Positions 56,224 to 64,000 of a stretch of DNA of 64,000 nt are shown piece after piece. A program made the position numbers and the translations under genes. The notes beneath the pieces were generated by a model. The model was not told where the DNA came from. It saw only the letters and a list, made by a program, of their open reading frames with translations, and did not search any database. The stretch is from NCBI GenBank assembly GCA_009784895.1, contig WQXJ01000001.1, positions 12,479-76,478 on the forward strand, written 5' to 3'. This stretch comes from Micrococcales bacterium. Its GTDB lineage: Bacteria; Actinomycetota; Actinomycetes; Actinomycetales; WQXJ01. Within the stretch, counting starts at the first letter, position 1, and the number at the start of each line of letters is the position of its first letter.

Positions 56224-58410
56224 CTATTCGTGGTGGGCCACAGCCCCGGCAAACTGCGATTGGTAGAGCCGGAAGTAGGCTCCCCTGGCCGCCAGCAGCG
56301 AGGCATGGTTGCCCTGCTCAACAATGTCGCCGTGATCCATCACCAAAATCAGATCGGCGTCACGAATAGTCGAAAGTCGGTGGGCAATCACAAACGAGGT
56401 CCGCCCCTGCCGCAGCTGTTTCATGGCCTTTTGCACCAACACCTCGGTCCGGGTGTCAACCGAGCTGGTGGCCTCGTCCAGGATCAGGATTTCCGGGTCG
56501 GCCACAAAAGCCCGGGCGATTGTCAGCAGCTGCTTCTCGCCAGCCGACAGGTTCGAGGCTTCCTCGTCGATAACCGTTTCGTAACCGTTAGGCAAGGCGT
56601 GGACAAAGCGGTCAACATAGGTCGCCTTGGCCGCCTCGAGCACCATCTCATCGGTTGCATCGGACCGCCCAAACTTGATGTTCTCCCAGATGGTGCCTTT
56701 GAACAGCCAGGTGTCTTGTAGCACCATGCCCATGGTGATACGCAGATCCTCCCGCGCCATAGTGCGCGTGTTCTCGCCGTCAATGGTGATCAGGCCGCCT
56801 TGGATTTCGTAGAACCGCTCCAACAGGTTGACCAGCGTGGTTTTGCCGGCACCGGTAGGACCGACGATGGCGATGTCTTGCCCAGGTTTGGCCGTCAAGT
56901 TGAGGTTTTCGATCAGCGGGGTCGACGGGTCATAGCTGAAGGTGACATCGGCAAAAGCGACCCGGCCTTCGACTTCATAGAGTTCGGTTGGCTCGCAGGG
57001 ATCTTCATCCTGTTCTTCGGCGTCGAGCAGCTCAAAGACTCTCTCGGCACTGGCCACACCTGATTGCAGCAGGTTCATCATTGAAGCGATCTGGCCCACC
57101 GGTTGGGAGAACTGCCGCGAATACTGGATGAAGGCCTGGACATCACCCAGCGACATAGTGCCACTGGCCACGCGCAACCCACCTAACACCGCCACCGCCA
57201 CATAGGCCAGGTTGGAGATGAACATCATGACCGGCTGGATCATCATCGAGATGGCTTGGGCTTTGAAGCTCGATTCGTATAGCTGGCGGTTGCGGTCCTC
57301 GAATTCGCTCTCGGCCTGGGGCTGGTGGCCAAAGACCTTGACCAGGGCGTGGCCGGTGTACATTTCCTCGACGTGGGAGTTGAGCTGACCGGTTGAATCC
57401 CATTGCTTGATGAACTGGGGTTGGGAGCGTTTGGCGATCAGAGCCGTGATCAGGGCGGCCACCGGCACCGACACCAACATCACTAGCGTCAACCAGCCGG
57501 AAATGGTCAGCATCATGATGAAGACGCCAATCAGCGTGAAGACCGCAAAGAGCAGCTGAGTCATGGTCTGCTGCAAGACTTGGCCCATATTGTCGACATC
57601 GTTGGTCACCCGGGACAGGACCTCACCCTTTGGTTGGGAGTCGAAATAGCTCAGCGGCAGGCGGGAGAGTTTCTTCTCCACGTTTTGCCTGATCCGGTAC
57701 AAGGTGTTCTGGATGACGTTGGTCACCAGCAAGCCTTGGATGTAACCGGCCAGGGCCGAGGCCAGGTAGACCACCAGCACGCCCACCAAGATGTGACCCA
57801 CAGCCGTGAAATCGATGCCGGCACCGATCCGGAAGTCCATTGAGCCCATCATGTCCAGCATGTCCGGCGTGACATTTGGCCCATTAGCTTGGGGGTGGGC
57901 CGCGGCCTGCTCCAGCAGCTTCATCGACTGGGCGTGGTCCAGGACGGTGCCAGGTTCGATCACCTTGGCTTTGGCCATCTCCTGACCAATCCGATCGCCC
58001 AGGAAACCTGAAAAGACCAGGTTGGTGGCCCGGCCCAGCAGCTTAGGTCCAACTACGCTCAGCGCCACCGAAATCACTGTTAGCGCCAGCCCCAAGCTCA
58101 GGCGGAAAGCCTCGGGCCGCAGCAGTTTGATAAAACGCAGACCCGAGGCTCGAAAGGCCAGGGCCTTTTGCACCGGCATGCCGCCACCGTGGCCGCCACC
58201 GATACGGCCGCCACCACGCCGCTGAGGCCCACCACTGCGCCCACCTGGCCGGGGCACCGCCACTGAGGCACTTGGCTTAGGAGCGCCCCGGGCGGCATCG
58301 GGCCCCGCCTTACCCGGCTCGGCTGAAGCCTTAGCCGCACCGGCCTGCGCCCCGGCTGAGGCGGCCAGTGAGCCAACTCCCCCGCCTTTGATCCGCCGCC
58401 GCCGGCTCAC
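56224..58410 (-). CDS. ABC exporter, fused permease/ATPase, with a Gly/Arg-rich N-terminal extension
   Basis: Six-TM domain plus GPTGAGKTT, LSAGEKQLL and ILILDEATS. Confidence 0.9.
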   Translation of the reverse strand: MSRRRRIKGGGVGSLAASAGAQAGAAKASAEPGKAGPDAARGAPKPSASVAVPRPGGRSGGPQRRGGGRIGGGHGGGMPVQKALAFRASGLRFIKLLRPEAFRLSLGLALTVISVALSVVGPKLLGRATNLVFSGFLGDRIGQEMAKAKVIEPGTVLDHAQSMKLLEQAAAHPQANGPNVTPDMLDMMGSMDFRIGAGIDFTAVGHILVGVLVVYLASALAGYIQGLLVTNVIQNTLYRIRQNVEKKLSRLPLSYFDSQPKGEVLSRVTNDVDNMGQVLQQTMTQLLFAVFTLIGVFIMMLTISGWLTLVMLVSVPVAALITALIAKRSQPQFIKQWDSTGQLNSHVEEMYTGHALVKVFGHQPQAESEFEDRNRQLYESSFKAQAISMMIQPVMMFISNLAYVAVAVLGGLRVASGTMSLGDVQAFIQYSRQFSQPVGQIASMMNLLQSGVASAERVFELLDAEEQDEDPCEPTELYEVEGRVAFADVTFSYDPSTPLIENLNLTAKPGQDIAIVGPTGAGKTTLVNLLERFYEIQGGLITIDGENTRTMAREDLRITMGMVLQDTWLFKGTIWENIKFGRSDATDEMVLEAAKATYVDRFVHALPNGYETVIDEEASNLSAGEKQLLTIARAFVADPEILILDEATSSVDTRTEVLVQKAMKQLRQGRTSFVIAHRLSTIRDADLILVMDHGDIVEQGNHASLLAARGAYFRLYQSQFAGAVAHHE

Positions 58411-60140
58411 CGGGCTTCCTCCAGCGTCATTTGAGATTCGACAATCTCGCGGTAGGTGGGGCAGGCCTGAAGTAACTCTTGGTGGCGGCCCTGGCCCACG
58501 ATCCGGCCGGCCTCAAGCACCAGGATTTGGTCGGCGTCCATAATGGTGCCGACCCGTTGGGCTACCAACAAGACCGTTGATTCGCGCGTGACCTCACCTA
58601 ACGCTGCCCTGACGCGGGCATCAGTGGCGAAGTCTAGGGCGGAAAAGGAATCGTCGAAGATATACAACTCAGGCCGGCGCACCACCGCCCGGGCGATGGC
58701 CAGGCGTTGACGTTGGCCGCCGGAGACGTTGGTGCCGCCCTGGGCGATCTCCATCTCCAGCCCGTCTTCGTTTTGCCGCACAAATTCCGCCGCCTGGGCG
58801 ATCTCCAGGGCCTGCCAGATCTCTTCGTCGCTGGCTTCGGCTTTGCCGTAGCGGATATTCGAGGCCACCGTGCCGGAAAAGAGGTACGGCTTTTGCGGCA
58901 CCAAGCCAATAGTGCTCCAAAGCTGTTGCAGGTCGAGGTCTTTGACGTCGACGCCGCCAACTTCGACCGTGCCCGAGGTGGCGTCAAATAGGCGCGGCAC
59001 CAGGTTGATCAGCGTGGTCTTGCCTGAACCGGTGGCACCAATTACGGCCGTGGTCTGGCCCACCTTGGCGGTGAAGCTGAGTTCATGCAGCACCGGGCTG
59101 TCGGCGCCGGGATAACGGAACGAGGCCTGGCGCATTTCGATCCGGCCCGCCTTGGGCATTGCCTTCTGGGCGTCGGCTACCTGCACGACCGATGACGAGG
59201 TCCCCAGAACTTCGTTGATGCGCCCGGCGCAAACCTCAGCTCGCGGCACAAAGAAGAACATCATGGCCGCCATCAGCACCGACATGAGGATCTGCATCAG
59301 GTAGGTGATGAAAGCGGTCAGCGATCCAACTTCCATGCCACCTGAGGCGATCCGGTGGCCGCCAAACCAGATCACGGCCACCGAGGTCAGGTTCATCACC
59401 AGCATGATGAAGGGGAAGAACAGCGAAAACATGTAGCCGACTGAGCGCTGCAGTGACGTCAAGGACAGGTTGACCTCATCGAAGCGGTCCTGTTCAGCCG
59501 AGTCGCGGACAAAAGCCCTGATCACCCGGATACCGTCAATTTGCTCTCGCAGCACACCGTTGACCCGGTCAATAGTGGTTTGCATTTTCATGAACAACGG
59601 CCGCATTCGCTTGAGCACAAAACCCAAGAAGACGGTTAGGACCGGGATAACCACCAGCAGCAGGCCGGTTAGTTTGACATCGTGCCGTAGCGCCATGATG
59701 ACGCCGCCAACCATGGTCATGGGCGCCGAGATGATCAGCACCAGCGTCATCAAGACCACCATCTGGACCTGTTGGACGTCGTTAGTGGCCCGGGTGATAA
59801 GCGAGGGAGCACCAAACTTGGCCACCTCCCGGGCTGAGAAGGTCTGGACCCGTTCGAACTCGGCTTGGCGGATGTCGCGGCCCATCGACATGGCTGTGCG
59901 CGCGCCCAGGAAGACCGCTGCCGCGGCGCAGGCCACCTGCCCCAGTGAGGCTGCCAACATGAAGCCACCTAGGCGCAGGATCTGGTTGGTGTCGCCTACG
60001 GCCACGCCTTTGTCGATAATGTCGGCGTTGAGTGATGGCAGGAACAAATTGGCCAGCGCCTGGATGGTTTGTAGAACCAAGATGACGGCGATGGGAACCG
60101 TGTAGGGCTTAAGGAACTGTTTAAGCAGCTTGGTTAGCAT
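58407..60140 (-). CDS. ABC exporter, fused permease/ATPase (heterodimer partner)
   Basis: GATGSGKTT, VSGGQRQRLAIARA and LYIFDDSFSALD. Has a 4-nt overlap with the downstream partner. Confidence 0.9.
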   Translation of the reverse strand: MLTKLLKQFLKPYTVPIAVILVLQTIQALANLFLPSLNADIIDKGVAVGDTNQILRLGGFMLAASLGQVACAAAAVFLGARTAMSMGRDIRQAEFERVQTFSAREVAKFGAPSLITRATNDVQQVQMVVLMTLVLIISAPMTMVGGVIMALRHDVKLTGLLLVVIPVLTVFLGFVLKRMRPLFMKMQTTIDRVNGVLREQIDGIRVIRAFVRDSAEQDRFDEVNLSLTSLQRSVGYMFSLFFPFIMLVMNLTSVAVIWFGGHRIASGGMEVGSLTAFITYLMQILMSVLMAAMMFFFVPRAEVCAGRINEVLGTSSSVVQVADAQKAMPKAGRIEMRQASFRYPGADSPVLHELSFTAKVGQTTAVIGATGSGKTTLINLVPRLFDATSGTVEVGGVDVKDLDLQQLWSTIGLVPQKPYLFSGTVASNIRYGKAEASDEEIWQALEIAQAAEFVRQNEDGLEMEIAQGGTNVSGGQRQRLAIARAVVRRPELYIFDDSFSALDFATDARVRAALGEVTRESTVLLVAQRVGTIMDADQILVLEAGRIVGQGRHQELLQACPTYREIVESQMTLEEAR

Positions 60141-60182
60141 GCCGTTCCTTTCCTAGCCAAATTTGGTGCAGGCGCCAGGGCC

Positions 60183-61364
60183 TCACTCCGGCTCGGTCGG
60201 CTCAGGTACCACCGGCGCTTGGCCGGCCTCAACCGACGGGTCGAAGGGTACACCCGAGCCGGTGCCAGCCCCAGCCGCGTCCGATGTCGCCTGGTCGGCT
60301 GCCCCGCGCGCCCTCAGCAGGGCCTTGGCCGGGTCTTCCAGTTTGACGTCACCAAAGGCCATTGACCGCAGTGCCCGGGCGGCCGGCGAAGCCTTGGGCC
60401 CATCACTACTGCCGACCCCACCAAAGGCCAAGCCCATACCTTCGAGAGCCTGGGTGAACTCGGCCGGCACGATCCAGAGCTTGTTGGCCTGGCCTTGGGC
60501 GATTTGCGGCAGCATCTGCAGGTATTGGTAGGCCAGCAGCTTCGGGTCAGCGTTGCCTTCGTGGATGGCGTCAAAGACCTGCAAAATGGCCCTGGAGTCG
60601 CCTTCGGCCTTGAGAATGGCCGATTGGGCCTCGCCTTCGGCCCTGAGGATTTGGGCCTGCTTGGCGCCCTCAGCAGTCAGGATCTGCGACTGCTTTTCGC
60701 CCTCAGCGGTCAAGATGACGGCCCGGCGGTCACGCTCGGCCCGCATCTGCTTTTCCATGGAGTCTTGGACCGAATGGGGCGGGTCGATGGCTTTGAGCTC
60801 AACCCGGTTGACGCGAATACCCCAGCGGCCGGTGGCCTCATCAAGCACGCCGCGCAGCTGGCCGTTGATCTGATCGCGCGAGGTTAGGGTCTGTTCTAAG
60901 TCCATTGAGCCGATGACATTACGCAGAGTGGTGACGGTCAACTGCTCAATACCGGTGATGTAGTGGGCGATCTCGTAGACCGCCGCCACCGGGTTGGTCA
61001 CCTGGAAGTAGATGACAGTGTCGATGGAAACCACCAGGTTGTCTGAGGTAATCACCGGTTGCGGCGGGAAGGAGACGACTTGCTCGCGTAGGTCGACCGA
61101 GGCCCTGACCCTGTCTAAGAACGGCACCAGCAGGTGAATACCGGCGTCCATAGTGCGCGAATACCGGCCCAGGCGCTCGACCAGCTGGGCCTGGGTCTGC
61201 GGCACAATCCGCACAGCCTTCTTGATTAGCACCACCACAAAAATGACCAGGATGGCCAACAGCAAAACAAGGAAAAAGTTAGCTGGGTGATGGCGGGGAT
61301 CGATGCTTTCCACGTGGCTTACCTTTCTAGACAGTTGGCTCAACCACTGCGGTGGCGCCGTCAA
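60183..61364 (-). CDS. SPFH/band-7 (stomatin-like) protein; alternative GTG start at 61313
   Basis: TM anchor FFLVLLLAILVIFVVVL, then RIVPQTQAQLVERLGRY and an EA-rich coiled region RAERDRRAVILTAEGEKQSQILTAEG. Confidence 0.9.
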   Translation of the reverse strand: MTAPPQWLSQLSRKVSHVESIDPRHHPANFFLVLLLAILVIFVVVLIKKAVRIVPQTQAQLVERLGRYSRTMDAGIHLLVPFLDRVRASVDLREQVVSFPPQPVITSDNLVVSIDTVIYFQVTNPVAAVYEIAHYITGIEQLTVTTLRNVIGSMDLEQTLTSRDQINGQLRGVLDEATGRWGIRVNRVELKAIDPPHSVQDSMEKQMRAERDRRAVILTAEGEKQSQILTAEGAKQAQILRAEGEAQSAILKAEGDSRAILQVFDAIHEGNADPKLLAYQYLQMLPQIAQGQANKLWIVPAEFTQALEGMGLAFGGVGSSDGPKASPAARALRSMAFGDVKLEDPAKALLRARGAADQATSDAAGAGTGSGVPFDPSVEAGQAPVVPEPTEPE

Positions 61365-61764
61365 TGGCTACCACTTTGACACGGCCGCCTTTGGAAATCG
61401 AATCGGCGGCCTCAACCCGGGCGGTCCAAACCTCGCCGTCAATCTTGGCCCTACCCCCGATTGAGTCAATACCGGTGACGGCTTCGCCAATCCGACCGAC
61501 CAGCGCGGCGGTACCAGTAATCGGGTCACCTTCGGCTTTGCGGTGTAGACGATTGATCAACATGGGCCGCAGTGACACCAGCAGCACTAGCGTGACCACG
61601 GCAAAAACAATGGCGCTGCCCCACCAAAGGGCGCCAATTAGCGCCGCAATGCCGGCCGCGATCGAGCCCACAGCCAGCATCAGGAAGGTGAACTCGACTG
61701 TCAGCATTTCGACCGCACCGAGCACTAGCGCGCCGCAAAACCACCAAACCCACTGCCATGACAT
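61327..61764 (-). CDS. NfeD family membrane protein
   Basis: Three N-terminal TM segments plus a C-terminal OB-like GRAKIDGEVWTARVE. Lies upstream of the SPFH gene, the classic pairing. Confidence 0.8.
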   Translation of the reverse strand: MSWQWVWWFCGALVLGAVEMLTVEFTFLMLAVGSIAAGIAALIGALWWGSAIVFAVVTLVLLVSLRPMLINRLHRKAEGDPITGTAALVGRIGEAVTGIDSIGGRAKIDGEVWTARVEAADSISKGGRVKVVAIDGATAVVEPTV

Positions 61765-61954
61765 GTCTCGCTCCTAGTCTCTTGCCGCCGCCAGGGCCCT
61801 GACGCCACTTGCTTCCCGAAGGGTGGGAACAGCACCGCCCGCCACCACGAGCCTAGCCGAGCCAGCGGTTGGCGAGCACCGCCTTAGGAACCGGCCCGCG
61901 CCATCGGCGCGCATTACTCACCAACCCAAAGGCGCCGCGGCACCTGGGCAGACT

Positions 61955-62776
61955 TCAGTTGGCCGTGGCCGAATAACGTTGGCCCCACTTGTGCAAAGAC
62001 AAGTCCAGGCCAAAAGCCTCAGACACTTTGGCCGAGGTCAACACCTGACTGATCGGTCCGGCGTGAATGAACCGTCCATCCCGCATCAGCGCGGCGTGGG
62101 TGAAGCCGGGTGGAATCTCCTCGACGTGGTGGGTCACCAAGATCATGATGGCTGATCCAGCCTGGCTGGCCAGCGAGGACAAAGTTGACAAGAGTTGTTC
62201 TCGCCCCGAAACATCGAGCCCGGCGGTCGGCTCGTCGAGTAACAAGACCTCCGGGTCAGCCATCAGCGCGCGGGCCAACAGAACCCGTTTGGTCTCGCCT
62301 TCAGACAGCGAGGCGAAGTACCTTTCAGTCAAATCGCCAACGCCAAAGTCATCAAGTAGCTCTTGAGCCCGCTCCTGGTCCGGTAGGCCATAGTCCTCAT
62401 GCCAGCGACCGGTGACACCGTAGGCCGCGGTCATGACAGTGTCACGGACCAACTCACCTGGTGGAATCCGCCCGGCCAGCGTGGCCGTGGCCAAACCAAT
62501 CCGGCCGCGCAGGTCGAAGACATCGACCCGGCCGAGCCGTTGGCCCAGCACCCAGACCTGGCCACTGGTGGGATGCAGCCGAGCGGCAGCAATCTGAAGG
62601 GCGGTGGTCTTACCAGCGCCGTTTGGGCCCAGCACTATCCAGTGTTGGCCCTCCCTGACCTGCCAATTGACCTGATCCAGGATGTGTTTCTGGCCCCGCC
62701 GTAACGTGACGTCTGCAAAACGCAGCACCTCAGCCTTCACGGGCCAAAGCCTATTGTGACCACCCCGCCAGCCCAA
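61955..62776 (-). CDS. stand-alone ABC ATPase; start uncertain
   Basis: GPNGAGKTT, LSEGETKRVLLARA and LLLLDEPTAGLD. No permease gene is adjacent. Confidence 0.85.
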   Translation of the reverse strand: MGWRGGHNRLWPVKAEVLRFADVTLRRGQKHILDQVNWQVREGQHWIVLGPNGAGKTTALQIAAARLHPTSGQVWVLGQRLGRVDVFDLRGRIGLATATLAGRIPPGELVRDTVMTAAYGVTGRWHEDYGLPDQERAQELLDDFGVGDLTERYFASLSEGETKRVLLARALMADPEVLLLDEPTAGLDVSGREQLLSTLSSLASQAGSAIMILVTHHVEEIPPGFTHAALMRDGRFIHAGPISQVLTSAKVSEAFGLDLSLHKWGQRYSATAN

Positions 62777-62891
62777 TCCCCCACGCCGCGAATCGCCATT
62801 CCGCCGGGGCGTCTGCCCGGCGGCGGGGCGGCGCCTGCCCGATGCCGGTACTCAGGCGATTGGGCAGCCGCCAGCCACCTGGGTGTTGGGT

Positions 62892-64000
62892 TCAGAGCAG
62901 GGTCTTGTAGATCTCGACCGTCTGGCGGCCAATGGCAGTCCAGGCGAAGTGATCCTCACACCTTTGCCGGGAGGCCACACCGGCCCGGGTCAGCTCGGCC
63001 GGATCAGCCATGGCCTTGTTAATGGCGTTGGCCATGTCACCGATGAAGCCCTCGGGGTCCAAAGGCCTACCGGTGCCGTCGTCAACCTGAGCTAGTGGCA
63101 CTAACCAGCCAGTCGCGCCATTGTCCACCACCTCCGGGATGCCACCGGTGGCAGAGGCCACTACCGGCAAGCCACAGGCCATGGCCTCAAGGTTGACGAT
63201 CCCAAGCGGTTCGTAGATCGACGGACAGATGAACAGCGAGGCGTGCGACAGCACGGCGTTGAGCTGAACCTGCGGCAGCATCTGCTCGATCCAAATGACA
63301 CCCTGACGTTCCTGACGTAGGTCGTCGACCAGGCCACGAACCTCGGCGGCAATCTCCGGCGTATCCGGGGCGCCAGCACAAAGCACCAGCTGAATGGCCG
63401 GATCAAGCTTCCGGGCGGCCTTGAGGAAGTAGGGCAAACCCTTTTGCCGGGTGATGCGGCCAACGAAAACCGCCGTTGGCGCCTCGGGGTCAATGCCCAG
63501 GCCACGCACCGTCTTTTCGGTCTCGTCATTCTGCAACGGCTTCCAAACATCGAGGTCAATGCCGTTGTGGATGACATGGACCTTATCTGGGTCGACAGCC
63601 GGATAGCAGCGCAAAATGTCTTGCCGCATGCCGTGCGATACGGCAATGACGCCGGCGGCAGCTTCGTAGGCAGTTTTCTCCGCCCAAGATGACAAGGCAT
63701 AGCCACCACCAAGCTGCTCGGCCTTCCAGGGCCGCAGCGGTTCGAGTGAGTGGGCACTGAGGATATGGGGCACACCGTGCAGCAGGCTGGCCATGTGGCC
63801 GGCCAGGTTGGCGTACCAGGTATGTGAATGGACAATATCGGCGCCGGCAGCGGCACCGGCCATATGCAAATCGACGGCAAAAGTGGCTAGGGCGGGATTG
63901 CCCAGGTCATCGGCTGAAGGCGCGTCAAAGCCGGTGACACCGGCCTCTTCACGCGGGCCGTCGAAACATTTGACCCGAACTTCAATCTGGGTGCGCAGCA
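62892..64000 (-). CDS. glgA: glycogen synthase-type GT4 glycosyltransferase; N-terminus beyond the right edge
   Basis: DIVHSHTWYANL, FVGRITRQKG and PSIYEPLGIVNLEAMACGLPVVASATGGIPEVV. The frame stays open from 63870 to 64000 (..VRVKCFDGPREEAG..). Confidence 0.9.
   Translation of the reverse strand, partial: LRTQIEVRVKCFDGPREEAGVTGFDAPSADDLGNPALATFAVDLHMAGAAAGADIVHSHTWYANLAGHMASLLHGVPHILSAHSLEPLRPWKAEQLGGGYALSSWAEKTAYEAAAGVIAVSHGMRQDILRCYPAVDPDKVHVIHNGIDLDVWKPLQNDETEKTVRGLGIDPEAPTAVFVGRITRQKGLPYFLKAARKLDPAIQLVLCAGAPDTPEIAAEVRGLVDDLRQERQGVIWIEQMLPQVQLNAVLSHASLFICPSIYEPLGIVNLEAMACGLPVVASATGGIPEVVDNGATGWLVPLAQVDDGTGRPLDPEGFIGDMANAINKAMADPAELTRAGVASRQRCEDHFAWTAIGRQTVEIYKTLL

Overview
This is a GC-rich actinobacterial chromosomal segment. 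The assignment to Actinomycetota rests on mshC (mycothiol ligase), rbpA, a PafBC-type WYL regulator and the imuA'-imuB-dnaE2 mutasome cassette. Most of the window is tightly packed core housekeeping: dgt-dnaG, three tRNAs, rbpA, lnt, helY, hisE-hisG, and a long minus-strand chain metH-HAD-priA-fmt-rsmB-rpe-ribD-ribE-ribBA-ribH. It also carries mshC, uppP, proC, an ABC exporter pair, SPFH/NfeD and glgA. I found no rRNA, CRISPR array or intact transposase. Six things are non-core or unusual. (1) A ~2.9 kb decayed integrative element sits at tRNA-Asn, bounded by a 26-bp direct repeat, with a tyrosine integrase broken by three stops and a frameshift. (2) A Panacea/DUF4065 (SocA-like) antitoxin gene is tightly coupled to an unrecognisable upstream small ORF behind an AT-rich palindromic operator, wedged between the core genes DUF3467 and rbpA. 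(3) A ~53-bp palindromic repeat occurs three times inside the coding sequence of imuB and dnaE2, always read in the same frame. (4) Two 31-bp tandem-repeat arrays lie upstream of the mutasome operon, next to a Cheo/LexA-box-like promoter. (5) PafB and PafC are fused into one ORF that shares a perfect 16-bp palindrome with a divergent DUF3866 gene. (6) One ORF fuses LMW-PTP, Nudix and NYN-like domains. All calls come from reading the translations and sequence by eye; no database search or folding was run.
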